A model generated the notes under the pieces. The model did no database searches, was not told where the DNA came from, and saw nothing but the letters and a program-made list of their open reading frames with translations. A DNA stretch of 64,000 nt, from positions 56,286 to 120,285 of the forward strand of contig JACRPO010000021.1 in assembly GCA_016223165.1 (NCBI GenBank), in the 5' to 3' direction. The stretch comes from Burkholderiales bacterium. Its GTDB lineage: Bacteria; Pseudomonadota; Gammaproteobacteria; Burkholderiales; Burkholderiaceae_C. The position numbers and the translations under genes are program-made. Every line of letters begins with the position of its first letter. Position 1 is the stretch's first letter. Below are positions 9,047-40,298 of the stretch, piece by piece.

Positions 9047-9397
9047 TCAGCCGGGCGCGCGCGACGCCGCGTGCAGCCCCATCACGCCCAGCACGATGAG
9101 CCCGATGCAGGCGAGCTTCAGGGCCGTGGCCGGCTCCTTGAAGTACAGGAAGCCGATGCCGGCCGTGAGCACCGTGCCCACGCCCGACCACACCGCGTAC
9201 ACGACCGAGAGCCCCAGCGTGCGGACGATGAGCGTGTTCAGCGCGAACGAGGCGGCGTAGAAGACGAAGATCAGCACCGAAGGCGCGAGGCGCGAGAAGC
9301 CCTCGGACAGCCGCATGCTCGTCGTGCCGGCCACCTCGAGCACGATGGCCACCCACAGCACGGACCAGGCCTGGCCCAGGGTCAATTGAACGCTCAT
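9047..9397 (-). CDS. SMR/DMT small multidrug-resistance family exporter (116 aa)
   Basis: WVAIVLEVAGTTSMRLSEGF with the conserved TM1 Glu, YAVWSGVG motif, four TM helices; AGGAG RBS 8 nt before ATG 9397. Confidence 0.9.
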   Translation of the reverse strand: MSVQLTLGQAWSVLWVAIVLEVAGTTSMRLSEGFSRLAPSVLIFVFYAASFALNTLIVRTLGLSVVYAVWSGVGTVLTAGIGFLYFKEPATALKLACIGLIVLGVMGLHAASRAPG

Positions 9398-9512
9398 GCC
9401 GGGCACTCCTGTCGATTCGCGGGTTGCCGCGCGCCGTGCGACGCTTCGCGGCCGAGGAGGCTACACGAGACGGGCGGGTCGGCAGTGGGCCGGGAGCGTC
9501 GGGCGGAGGCGG

Positions 9513-12500
9513 TCAGATTTCCAGCACCTCGCGCGACGGCGCGTCGGCGGGCGGTGCCACGGCCGCATGCGCCGAAGCGGGCAGCCGCTCGGCGAGCAGG
9601 CGGATGGTCGAGGCGTCGAAGACCTCGCGCAGCGGCAGCTTGGCGCCGAAGCCCTCGTCGATGAGGGCGAGCACGCGCGTGAACATCAACGAGTGGCCGC
9701 CGAGCTCGAAGAAGTCGTCGTTGACACCGATGCCGCGCACGCCGAGCAGGTCTTCCCAGATCGCGGCCAGGCGGCGCTCGATCTCGGTGGCGGGCTCCAC
9801 GTAGGCCGTCGACAGGGTCGGGCGCGTGGGAGTCGCGGCCGTGCCCGCGGCGGCTGCAGCGTCCGCAGTCCCGGTCGGTGCGGGGGAAACGAGCCGCGCT
9901 GTGTCGCCGAGTGCCGGCGCCGGAGGATGCCGGATGAGCTCGTGCTGGCGAACGACATCGTAGGTCTCCGCCACGACGCGCCGCCGACGGGACGCCAACA
10001 CGCGCTCGAGCGCTTCGATGCCCATGGCCGGCGCAATGGCCCCGGCCAGGTGCGCCGTCCAGTGCGCGCGCAGCTCGTCCGGCACCGTGAGCCGCGCCGC
10101 CATGCCCACCTCGCGCCACGCGCCCCAGTCGATGGCCACCACGTGTTGCCATGTCGGTGGCCGTTCCGTGCTCTCCACGAAGGCGTCGAACACGGCATTC
10201 GCCGCTGCATAGTCGCATGCGCCCGGCGCCGGCAGGACGGCGTTGACGCTGCTCACCAGCACGACGAGGTCGAGCGGTTCGCGGCTGAGCAACCGGCACA
10301 GGACCTGCAGCCCGGCAACCTTGGGGGCGAACACGGCGCGCGCCTCCTCGGCATTCGAGCGTCGAGCCAGGCTGCCGCGGCCGGCGATGCCGGCGGCATG
10401 GAAGACGCCGTGCAGCTCGCCGAAGCGTGCGCGTGCCGCGGCGAGTGCGTTGCCCATCGCCGCCTCGTCGGCGGCGTCCGCGGTGGCGAGCAGGACCTCG
10501 CCGCCGCGCGCCTCGATATCGCGCACGGCGCGCATCGCCTGCGCCTGGGCGTCGTCGGCGGGATGGCTGGCGATCCAGGCGTCCCATGTCTCCCGGGGGG
10601 GCATGGGCCTGCGTGACGTGAGCACGAGCCGCGCCGCCCATTGCTCGCCCAGCCAGCGGGCGATCGCGAGTCCCATGCCACCGAGGCCACCGGTGAGGAG
10701 ATAGGCGCCGCGGCGCCTGAGTGGCAGCGGGGCGGCGCTGCCGGCCGCGGCGGCAGGCAGGGCCAGGCGCTCGTAGCGGCGCACCCAGCGCCGCCCGGCG
10801 CGGTGCGCCACCTGCGGTTCGATGGCGGCATGCTGCGTTTCGTCCGCGAGCATCGACGCCGCGCGCTCGGCGGCCGCCGGCTCGAGGTCGCTCGCGTCGA
10901 GGTCGACCGTCCGCATCTGCAAGCCGGGAATCTCTCGCGGCAGCACCAGGACCGGCCCGGTGGCGAGCGCCTGCGTCACGCCCTGGGCCGCTTCGCCCAG
11001 CACCGACTCGGCAGCGGCGGTGGCATGCAGCACGCGCATCGGCGCTTCGATCGGCAGGTCGGGCAGCGCCAGGGCCAGGGTCACGAGGCCGTCGTAGCCG
11101 GGCTCGTGCGGCAGCACCGGCCACGCGGCGGCTGCGGCGGCACGCCGCGCCTCCTGTGCGGCGGCGCGGCGCAGGCCCCAAAGGTGCACGACGCCTGCCA
11201 GCGGGGTGCGCGAGGCGATCCCCACCAGGCGTTGCACATCGTCGGCTGAATCGACGCGCACGCGCCAACGGTCTCGGCCGATGGTCTCGAACCGTTCGCC
11301 GGCATCGGCACGCAGCACGGTGCGGCCCCGCCGGGTCAGTTCGTCGACAAGGGACGAGGTCAGGGGGCCCTCGTCACCGAGCACCAGCCAGCGCTCCGCA
11401 GCGTCCCCGACGACGCCGCCGACGCGGGCGGGGATGCCGTCGTCGCGGCTCCAGGTCGGGGCGTAGAACCAGTCGTCGACTCGTGCCGAGCGGTGGATCG
11501 ACGCCGCTGGTGCTGCCTTTTCGCGGCCGCTGCCGGCGGCGGTGACCGGCGATGCCGGTTCGACCGCGTGGCGCTGGCGCTCGAAGGGATAGGTCGGCAG
11601 CGGCACCCGGCGTCGAGCTGGCGCGCCGGCGTCACCGCCGGCCTGCACCGGCGCATGCCACCCGACCCGGCAGCCGGCCAGCCACAGCCGTGCCGTCGCC
11701 TCGAGGAAGAACTCGGCGTCGGGCCGGCTCTCGTTCGGCCTGCGCGTCGAGGCGAAGGCGCGGCGCGGCCCTTCGGCCCCGAGGTTCGCGCGTGCCAGGG
11801 CGGTCAGCGCCTGCCCGGGGCCGACCTCGAGAAACTGCAGCGTCGGGTCGGCCGCCAGCGTGCGCATGCCGGCCTCGAACAGCACCGGGCGGCGCAGGTG
11901 TTCGGCCCAGTATGCGGGTGAGGTGGCCTGCGCCGGCGTGATCCAGGTGCCGGTGACATTCGAGATGAACGGCCTCGCCGGCGGCGCCAGTTCGACGCGC
12001 TCGAGCAACGCGACGAAGGGAGGCACGGCCGCCGCCATCATCTCGCTGTGGAAGGCGTGCGAGGTCTGCAGCGTGCGCGCTTCGATGCCGGCCTGCTGCA
12101 GCCGCGCGACGAGCGACTCGATGGCCTGGGTTGGCCCGGACAGCGTGCACAGGGACGGCGCATTCACCGCCGCCACTTCCACCCTCGGCTGCAGCCAGCG
12201 CTGCACGTCGTTCGCGCCGAGGTGCACCGCGGCCATGCGGCCTGCGGGTTGCTGTTGCATCAGCCGCCCGCGCGCGGCCACGACGGCCAGTGCGTCGCCC
12301 AGCGACATCACGCCGGCCAGGTGGGCGGCGACGAACTCGCCGAGGCTGTGGCCGAGCATGGCGGCCGGCTCGATGCCGTGCGTATGCAGGCATCGGGCCA
12401 GCGCGTACTCGGTGACGAAGAGCGCCGGCTGCGTGATGCGCGTGACGTGCAGCGGGCCGGCGTCGGCCTGGGCGGCGCCGAACAGGAGCTCGCGGATGTC

Positions 12501-14247
12501 CATGGCGAGGTGCGGTTGCAGCAGCGCCGCACAGCGGTCCACCGCCTCACGGTAGGCAGGTTCCGCCTCGTAAAGGCCGCGGCCCATGCCCGCGTACTGG
12601 CTGCCCTGGCCGCTGAAGAGGAAGGCCACCGGGCGCGCCCCGCCCTCGTGCCGTGCAGCGAGCACACCGCTGCGCTGCGGCTCGCGCAATGCCGCGATGC
12701 CCTGCTCGCGCTGCTGCACCACCGCCGCGCGGCGGTGCGCCAGCGCCTGGCGTCCGACCTTCAGCGTGTAGACAACGTCCGCCAGGTCCTGCTCCGGGTG
12801 CGCCTCGAGGTGCGCGGCCAGGCGCTGGCCCACGGCGTCGAGCGCCGCCTCGGTGCGTGCCGACCAGACGAGCAGGTGCGGGCCCGTCGCTGTTGCCCGG
12901 GGCGCGGGCATGGGTGCCTCTTCCAGCACCGCGTGCGCATTGGTGCCACCGATGCCGAACGAGCTGACACCGGCACGCCGCGGCACGCCCGCCGGCGGCT
13001 CCCACACCGCCGCTTCGGGGCTGGCATGGAACGGGCTGGAAGCGAGCTTCAGCGTCGGGTTGGGCTTGGTGAAGTTGACGAGCGGCGGCAACGTGCGGTG
13101 CGTGAGCGCCAGCACCGTCTTGATGAGGCCGGCCACGCCGGCCGCCGCATCGAGGTGGCCGAGGTTGGCCTTCAACGAGCCGAGGCGGCAGAAGGCGACG
13201 TCGGGCGTGTCGGCGCGAAAGGCCTGCGTCAGTGCCTCGATTTCGATCGGGTCACCCAGTGGCGTGGCGGTGCCATGCGCCTCGACGTAGGTGACGCTGC
13301 GCGCCGGCACGCCGGCCAGCGCCTGTGCGGTGGCGATGACTTCGACCTGGCCCTCGACGCTCGGGGCAGTGAAGCCGGCCTTGTCGGCGCCGTCGTTGTT
13401 GACGGCGATGCCGCGGATCACCGCGTGCACGGTGTCGCCATCGGCCAGTGCCTGGTCCAGGCGCTTCAGCAGGACGACGCCGGCGCCGGCGCTGCTGCGC
13501 GTGCCCTGGGCGCCTTCGTCGAAGGGCCGGCAGCGTCCGTCAGGCGAAAGGATCATGCCCTCCTGGTGGAGGTAGCCGCTGCGCTGGGGGAAGAGGATCG
13601 AGACACCGCCGGCGAGCGCCATGTCGCATTCGCCGCGTTGCAGGGCGCGGCAGGCCACCTGCACCGCCACGAGCGAGGTCGAGCAGGCGGTCTGCACCGT
13701 CATGCTCGGGCCCTTGAGCCCGAGCTTGTAGGACACCCGCGTGCACAGGAAGTCCTTGTCGTTGGCGAGCATCAACTGGTAGCCGCCCACGGCGGCGGCC
13801 AGCGCCGGGTTGAGCATGATCCGGCCGTGCAGGTAGGTGTTCATGCTCGCGCCGGCATACACCCCCACCGACTCGGGCAACCCGGAGGTGCCGGCGGCAT
13901 AGCCGGCGTGTTCGAGCGCCTCGGCCGCGCACTCGAGGAAGACGCGGTGCTGCGGGTCGAGCACCTGCGCCTCGCGCGGCGCGTATCCGAAGTGGCCGGC
14001 GTCGAACTCCTCGCAGTGCTCGAGGAAGGTGCCGCGACGCACGTAACCCGCCTGGTTGCGCTGCTCGGCGCTCACGCCGGCCGCATCGAGGTCGGCGTCG
14101 GTGAGCTCCTCGAGAACCTCCACGCCCTCGGACACCTGGCGCCAGAAGTCGTCGAGATCGCGCGCGCCGGGGAAGCGCCCCGCCAGGCCCACCACCGCAA
14201 TGGCGTGCGCCGGCAGGGCCGCGTCGGTGCGAGGAAGGCCGGTCTGC

Positions 14248-14255
<8 letters not shown>
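9513..14255 (-). CDS. Type I PKS module 8: KS-AT(malonyl)-KR-ACP, no thioesterase
   Basis: Start ATG 14255 (MSEQTG), overlapping the NRPS stop; hybrid-type KS (VQTACSTS, HGTATPLGDPIE, NLGH); AT GHSLG + HAFH; KR TGGLGGMG and DYAAAN, no LDD; carrier FFELGGHSL; ends PSREVLEI. Confidence 0.93.
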
Positions 14256-17705
<3,450 letters not shown>

Positions 17706-17709
<4 letters not shown>

Positions 17710-20700
17710 AGGGTGAGCTCCTCCCGCGCCTCGTCGCCTTGATGCGCGCCCGCATCGGCGAAGTAGCCCGCCAAGTGGCCCGCCAGGGCGGCCGTCGTCG
17801 GCCACTCGAAAGCGGCGGTGGCCGGCACCGGCCGGCGCACGGCGGCCTGCAGCCGGTTGCGCAGTTCGACCGAGGTCAGCGAGTCGAGCCCGAAGCTGCT
17901 GAAGGGCTGGTCGTCGACGAGCGAGCGCCCGCCGTCGGGCAGCGCCAGCACCGTGGCCAGTTCGCGCCGTACCAGGGCCACCAGCTGCGCCAGGCGCTCT
18001 GCGGGTGGCAGGGCGGCGAAGTCCAGCGCAGCCGCGCGCGGACCTTCGGCGTGCGCCGCACCCATGCCGGCGCGGGCCTGGGCCACGAGCTCCTGCCAGA
18101 TCGGTGGGGCCGCATTCGACCCCAGTTGCAGCAGCAGCCGGGGCCAGTCCACCGGTGTCACGGCGACATGGGCGAAGCCCTCGCGCAGCACCAGGCCCAG
18201 CGCCTGGTGGCCCTGCGCCGGCGTGAGCGAAGACAGGCCCATGGCGGCCGCGCGGTCCACCGTGCTGCCGCGGGCGGCCATGCCCACGTCCTTCCAGGCG
18301 CCCCACGCGATGCTGCAGGCGGCGTCGTCGTGCACGCGGCGGTGGTGCGTCAGTGCATCGAGGAAGGCGTTGGCCGCGACGTAGTTGCCCTGCCCCGCGG
18401 AGCCGAGGACAGCCGACATCGACGAGTACATCGCGAAGAAGTCCGGCTTCAGGCCGTGGCGCAGCAGCGCCCGGTGCAGGCGCCAGGCCCCGTCGGCCTT
18501 GGGCGCCATCACGGCCGCCAGCCGCTCGCGCGACTGGCGCACGAGCATGCCGTCGTCGAGCACCGCGGCGCCGTGCAGCACGCCGCCGAGCGGCGCGGCG
18601 CTGTCGAGCACGGCGCGCATCACGGCGTCGATGCCGGCGGCGGTGGCGACGTCGGCGGCGACCACCGACACGCTCGCGCCGTCGGCGCGCAGCTTGGCGA
18701 TGACCTGCTGCGCTTGCGCGTCCGGCGCCGATCGTCCGGCCAGCACGAGATGGCGTGCGCCCTCGCCGGCCAGCCAGGCGGCCGCCAGCAGGCCGAGCCC
18801 GCGCAGGCCGCCGGTGACGAGGTAGGTGGCGTCGTCGCGCACCGCATTCGCTGGGCGCCGCGGCACGACGGCATGGCGGAAGACGACGCGTCCGGTGTGG
18901 CGCGCCTGTGCCATGTAGCGGAAGGCCTCGGCCGCCTGCTCGAACGCGAACGTCGTGCAGGGCAGGATGGGCAGCAGCCCGGCCTCGATTTCCTTCAGCA
19001 CGCGCGCGAAGATGCGCCCGACCATCTGCGGCGTGTCGCGTGCGTGGTCGTTGCAGTCGACGACGTGATAGCGGATGCCGCGGTCCAGCGCCGCCACCTG
19101 CTCGTGCGTCCACAGGTTGCGCTTGCCGATCTCGAGGAAGATGCCGTCCGGCGCCAGCACCTCGAAGCTGCGGTCGAGCATGGCGCCGGTGAGCGAGTTG
19201 AGCACGATGTTCACGCCGGCACCGCCGGTGATCCGCATCACCTCGTCGGCGAAGGCCGGGCTGCGCGAGTCCAGCACATGCTGCACGCCCAGCCGCGCCA
19301 GCACGGCGCGCTTGTCGGGGCTGCCCGCCGTCGCGAAGATCTCCGCGCCGGCCCGCCGGGCCAGCGCGATCGCCGCCATGCCGACGCCGCCGGCACCGGA
19401 GTGGATGAGTACGCGCTCGCCCGCCTTCATGCCGGCGATCTCGTTGAGCGTGATGTCGGCCGTGAGGTAGGCGGTGGGGATCGCTGCGCCGAGCTCGAAG
19501 TCGAGCCGCGCCGGCAGCGGCGCCACGAATTCCCAGCGCGTGGTGGCATGGCTGGCGAAGGCGCCGGAGACCATGGCCACGACGCGATCGCCGAGCCGGA
19601 AGCCGCGCACCTCGCTGCCCAGGGCGACGATCTCGCCGGCGCAGTCGCTGCCCAGGCGCTCGATCTCGCCCGGGTACAGGCCGAGGGCGCTCAGCACGTC
19701 GCGGAAATTCAGGCCGCTGGCGCGCACGCGGATCTCGATCTCGGCGGGGCCCGGAGGCCGGCGCTCGGCGGCCGCGATGGCGAGGTTCTCGAGCGTGCCG
19801 CGTTCCTGGATGTGCAGCCGGGTCGGCGCCTCGTCGGTCGGCGGCGCCGTGTGCCGCCGCTGGCGCGCCAGGCGCGCGACGAAGCGCACTCCCTTGCGCA
19901 GCGCGACGCGGCTCTCGTGGCCCGTGGCCGCTGCCGGCGGTGCCGCGCTCATCTCGGCCAGTTCGTCGGCCAGCTGGCGCGCCTCGGCGCTGCTCGTGGG
20001 GCTGGACTGCGGGTCGAGGTCCACGTGGGTGACGCGCAGCTCCGGGTGCTCCAGTGCGGCGACGCGCGCCAGGCCGGCCAGGGGCGCCTGTTCGATGCAC
20101 AGCGTCTCGCTGCCATCGACGGCTTCGGTGCCCGCGGTCACGAAGCACAGCGGCGTCGGCTGGCCGTGCGCCGCCAGGGCCTGCAGCAGCAGCAGTGCCG
20201 CCTCGGTGCCCATGCGCTGGATCATGCTGGGCAGGTCCTCATCGTCGCGCAGCGCCGGCACGGCGAGCGGCCACAACGACACGATGCCGGCCAGCGGCGG
20301 GCCCTCGTTGTCGAGGAGTCGCCGGTGGTCGCCCGGCGAGCCGGGATCGATCTCGACGACCCCCGGCGCGGCAGCATCGAACGTGCCGCCCGCGACGACG
20401 CGCGTCACGGCGCCGCCGCGGCGAACGATCTCGGCGGCGACGCGCTCGCCCCGGCCCTGGCCCTCGTCGAGCACGAGCCAGCGGCCTTGCAGGCCGTGCT
20501 CTGCCGCGGCGAGCGGCTGGCTGTGCCAGGCGACCGCGTACAGCCAGTCCGCCGCCTGTGCATCGGCGCGCTGGCGGAACATGTCGCGGCTGGCGCGGCG
20601 GCAGCGCAGCCCTTCGACCTGCATCACCGTGGCGCCACCGGCATCGACGATGGTGATGTCGATGAGCAGCATGTCGCCGCGAGTGCGCGGCGCGCGCACC

Positions 20701-23700
20701 GCGGCGTGGCTGGTGAGGCGGCCCGAGGGCGGCACACCCCAGCGGATGCGCTCCACCCCGATCGACAGGTACATGCGTTCGTCTTCCGCGCCGGGCAGCG
20801 AGGCGATGGCGACCGCCGAGGCGTGGAAGCACGCGTCCAGCAGCGCGGGATGGAAGGCGTACCGCTCGCCCTCGGCCTGCACGGAGGGGTCGGCCTCGAC
20901 CTCGCCGAGGCCCTCGCCGGCACCGCCCACGGCGCTGCGCATGACGTTGAACGAGGCTCCGAAGTCGGCGCCGCGGCTGCGTGCCTGCTCGTAGAAGGCG
21001 GCGATGTCGACGGCCGTGGTGCAGCGCGAGCGTGCCGCAGCGAGGTCTGGCGCCGCCGGCGCAGGGTCGGCCTGCGGCCTGCCGATGAGGGCGCTCGCAT
21101 GCAACGTCCAAGGCGACTCCGCGCGCGCGGCGTCGCGGCTGAAGACGCGCACGCGGGTCGCGGCGGCGGCGCCCTCGCCGTCCACCAGCACCTGCATGAG
21201 GCGCTCTTCGTCCGGCCGCAGCACCATCGGCTCGCCGACTTCCACGTGCTCGATGGTGGACAGGGCGGATCCGTGCACCTGGCGGGCTGCGGCCAGCGAG
21301 ATCTCGAGATAGGCCGTGAGCGGCATCACCGCTTCGCCGCCGATGCGATGGTCGACCACCCAGGCCGGATTGCCCGTGTTCAGGGCGCGTTCGAAGGCCG
21401 CCGCGACGCCGGCCACCGGAATGCGCGCGCCGAGCAGTTCGTGCACGGGCCGGCCCGACGTGCTGGATGCGCGGCGCGCCGGCTTGCGGTAGTCGATCAG
21501 GTAATGCTGGCGCTGGAACGGCGTGCTCGGCAGGCGCACGCTGCGCCGCTCGCCACGCCGCGTGTAGGCGGCCCAGTCGATGCGGCCGCCGCGCACGTGC
21601 AGGCGCGCGACGCTGTCGGCGATCGTCTCGATGCCGCTGCGCTGGCGCCGCAGCGACGCGTGCCAGGTGAGCGCGCCGGCGCCGGCCGTGGCCACAGCAC
21701 CCAGCGTCTGCTGCGCCAGGCCGATCAGCGTGGGATGCGGGCCGATCTCGACGCAGGCCTGCATCCCGGCGCCGGCCAGCGCCTTCACGCCGGCCTCGAA
21801 ATCGACGGCTTCGCGCACGTGTCGGCACCAGTACTCCGGCATGCGCGCGGCCCACTCCGACCACTCGAGCGTGCGGCCGGTCAGGCTGGAGATCCAGTTC
21901 AGCTGCGGTTGGGCATGTTCGACGCCGGCCGCGACGCGACGGAATTCCGCCACCATCGGCGCCATCAGCGGCGAATGGAAGGCGTGCGACACGGCAAGGC
22001 CCTGCGTGCGCAGCCCGAGTGCCGCCAGGCGCGCCGCGGCGCCTTCGACCGCGGCGCGCGCGCCGGCGATCACCCAGCTGCCCGGGGCGTTGCGGGCGGC
22101 GATGGACATCTCGGCCGCGTTCGCCTCGACCTCGCGCGCCACTTCGCGCGCCAGTTGTCCGGCTTCACCCTGCACGGCGACCATCACGCCGCCTGCGGGC
22201 AGCGCCTGCATCAGGCGGCCGCGCGCCGCGATGAGCCGGGCGCCGTCCTCGATGCTGAACACCCCCGCCACCGCGGCGGCGGCGAACTCGCCCACGCTGT
22301 GGCCGATGACGGCGCCGGGCTCGACCCCCCAGCTGCGCCACAGCGCCGCCAGCGCCACCTGCAGCGCATAGAGCGCCGGCTGGGTGCAGCCGGTCTGGTC
22401 GAGCAGGCCAGCGGACTCCTTGAACAGCAGTTGCAGCAGCGGCCGCGGCAGGCTGGCGTCGAGCACCGCCGCGCAGCGCTCGAGCGCGGCGCGGAACACG
22501 GGCTCGGTGTCGTGCAGCTCGCGCCCCATGCCCACGTACTGCGAGCCTTGCCCCGTGAACAGGAAGGCCGTGCGCACGCGCGCCGCGGCCTGGCCGCGCG
22601 CGATGGTCGGCGCGGCGGCGGCCGCGACCTCGCCATCGGGGCCCACGGCGCGAAGTTGCGCCACCAGCGCGGCGACGTCCGGGCCGACCACGGCCAGCCG
22701 GTGCACGAAGTGGGCGCGGCCGGTCGCCGCCGTGGCACACACGTCGGCCAGCTGTTCCGGCGTCACGGTGCCGAGCTGTTCGAGATGGTCGGCGTACCGG
22801 CGGGCGACGTCGCCGAGCGCCGCTTCGCTGCGGCCCGAAAGCGGCAGCACGAACAGCGGCCGCGGCGCCGGCGGCGAGGCCCCGGCAGGCGTGACCTCTT
22901 CGAGGATGGCGTGGGCATTCACGCCGCTGAACCCGAAGGCGCTGACACCGGCACGACGCGCCGCGCCGTGCGCGGGCGCCCAGTCGTGCAGGCGGGTGCT
23001 GACGCGCACCGGCATGCGGTCCCAGGGGATCGCCGGCGACGGCTCGCGCACATGCAGGCTGGCCGGCAGCTGCCTGTGCTGCAGCGCCAGCACGACCTTC
23101 ATCATGCCGGTCACGCCGCTGGCCGCCTCGAGGTGGGCGAGGTTGCTCTTCACGGAGCCCACTTCGAGCGGCTGCGCCGCATCGCGGCCTTCGCTGTACA
23201 CCGCGGCGAGCGCCTCCACCTCGATCGGGTCGCCGAGCGAGGTGCCGGTGCCGTGCGCCTCGACGTAGCTCACGTCGGCCGGCGCCAGCCGCGCCGCGGC
23301 GAGCGCCTGCCGCAACACCGCCTGCTGCGCGATGCCGTTGGGCACGGTGAGGCCGCTCGAGTGCCCGTCCTGGTTGATGGCCGAGCCGCGGATCAGTGCC
23401 AGCACGTTGCGGCCCTTGGCGCGCGCCACGGAGAGGCGCTCGAGCACGACCAGGCCGCAGCCTTCGCCGCGCACGAAGCCGTTGGCCGAGGCGTCGAAGG
23501 CCTTGCAGCGCCCGTCGGGCGACAGCATGCCCCACTTGGAGATCATGACGTAGGCCTCGGGCGACATCATGACGTTGACGCCGCCGGCGACCGCGAGCTC
23601 GCTCTCGCCGTTGCGCAGGCTCTGGCAGGCCGTGTGGATGGCCACGAGCGACGACGAGCAGGCCGTGTCGATGGCCATGCACGGCCCCTGCAGGCCGAGC

Positions 23701-24320
23701 GTGAACGAGACCCGGCCGGCGGCCGCGTTCAGCGCCGTGCCGGTGGCCAGGTAGATGTCGCTGCGTGCCGGGTCTTCGACGTCGATGCGGTTGGAGTAGT
23801 CGGTGCCGGTGATGCCGACGAAGACGCCGGTGCGCGTGCTGTCGAGGCTGTCGGGCGCGATGCCCGCATCTTCGAGTGCCTCCCAGGTCACCTCGAGCAG
23901 CAGGCGCTGCTGCGGGTCGAGCGCGCGTGCCTCGCGCGGCGAGATGCCGAAGAACGTCGGCTCGAACCCGGCGATGTCCTGCAGGAAGCCGCCGGCCTTG
24001 GTGCGCGACTTGCCCGGCGCTTCGGGGTTGGGGTCGTAGAAGGCATCCACGTCCCAGCGGTCGGCGGGGATCTCGCCGACCATGTCGAGCCCTTCGCTGA
24101 GCACCTTCCAGTAGCCGGCGATGTCGACCACGCCGCCGGGCAGCCGGCAGGCCATGCCGACGATGGCGATGGGTTCGTGCGCAGCGGCCTCGGCGGCGTC
24201 GAGGCGGGCCTGCAGGCGATCGATGGCCGCCAGCGCGTTGTGCAGCAGGTGGCGGCGATCGCCCCCGGCCGCAACCGCGACGCCGGCCTGAGAGGAGGGT
24301 TCGGAGCGATCCGCGGACAT
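17706..24320 (-). CDS. Type I PKS module 7: KS-AT(malonyl)-DH-ER-KR-ACP
   Basis: KS DTACSSS/HGTGT/NLAH; AT GHSVG + HAFH; DH HRIGGEAVMP and DACFH; ER GLNFRD, LIHSGAGGVG; KR VLDD, GQGNY; ACP GLDSL; C-terminal tail AREELTL. Start 24320 preferred over 24335. Confidence 0.93.
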
Positions 24321-24344
24321 GTCTGCCACCTTCAAGGAATCAAC

Positions 24345-25249
24345 TCAGTCGGCCGCGCCGCCGGGCGCGGGCGCGAGCGCGGGCCGCTGCCGCACGGCAG
24401 GATCCAACCACCACAGCGCCATCGCCACCGCCACGACGACCACGGCGCCGAGGGTGGACGACCACGACCACGCATGCTGCCCGGCCAGCCACGCCGCGCC
24501 GATGCTGGGCAGCAGCTGCAGGCCGGTGGCCGGGGCGGTGAGCGAGACCGGTGCGGCGGCGGCCATGCGCTCCAGCGCATAGAGCGCCCCGAAGCCGAGC
24601 ACGCCGACGCTGACCATTCCGGCCAGGCCCATTGCGTCGGGCCAGACCCAGCGGCCCGGCAGCAGCGGCAGCATCAGCACCACCACGCCGGCGGCCGTGT
24701 AGAAGAGGTTGGCACGCAGCCGCTCGTGTCGCAGCGCGCGCGTGGCGACGACGAACAGCACGAAGGAAAGCGTCATGCCGAGCGCCAGCGCCACCATGGT
24801 GGCCGTGGGCAGGCGCTCGTGGTGGAAGAACAGGTTCGCGCCCGCGCAGGCCGCGGCGGCCGCGATCCACAACGTCGCCGGGGCCCGTTCACCCCCGAGG
24901 ACGTGGGCACACAGCAGCAGCAGGATGGGCGAGCTCCAGAACACCGCCATCAGCGTGTCGGGAGCCATGTTGCGCTGCATGGCCAGCAACCAGCAGATGG
25001 GCATGGCCACCATCATCGCGGCGCGTGAGACCTGGAGCCAGGGCCGGGCCGTGCGCACGAGCTGCATCGGTTCGCGCCGGCCCCAGAGCAGGCCCATCAG
25101 CACCAGCTGGGCCGCGAAGCGCACCCAGACGACCTGGAGGGCGGAGTAGCGCTCGATGAGCAGCCCGGCCACGAGCTCCTCGCCTGCCCACAAGGTCACG
25201 CACACCAGCTTCCAGAGCAGGCTCTCCCGCCCGGGGCTCAGCGCTGTCT

Positions 25250-25253
<4 letters not shown>
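24345..25253 (-). CDS. DMT/EamA-family transporter (302 aa)
   Basis: About 10 hydrophobic segments; EamA-like SALQVVWVRF, FWSSPIL...LGGER; ATG overlaps the PKS6 stop (ATGA at 25250-25253). Confidence 0.82.
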
Positions 25254-32110
<6,857 letters not shown>

Positions 32111-32180
32111 GTGCTGACCTCGAAACTGCCTTCTTCCCGGCGCCACGTTCGTGCGCCGGGCGCTCCCACTCGTCGATGTG

Positions 32181-40294
<8,114 letters not shown>

Positions 40295-40298
<4 letters not shown>

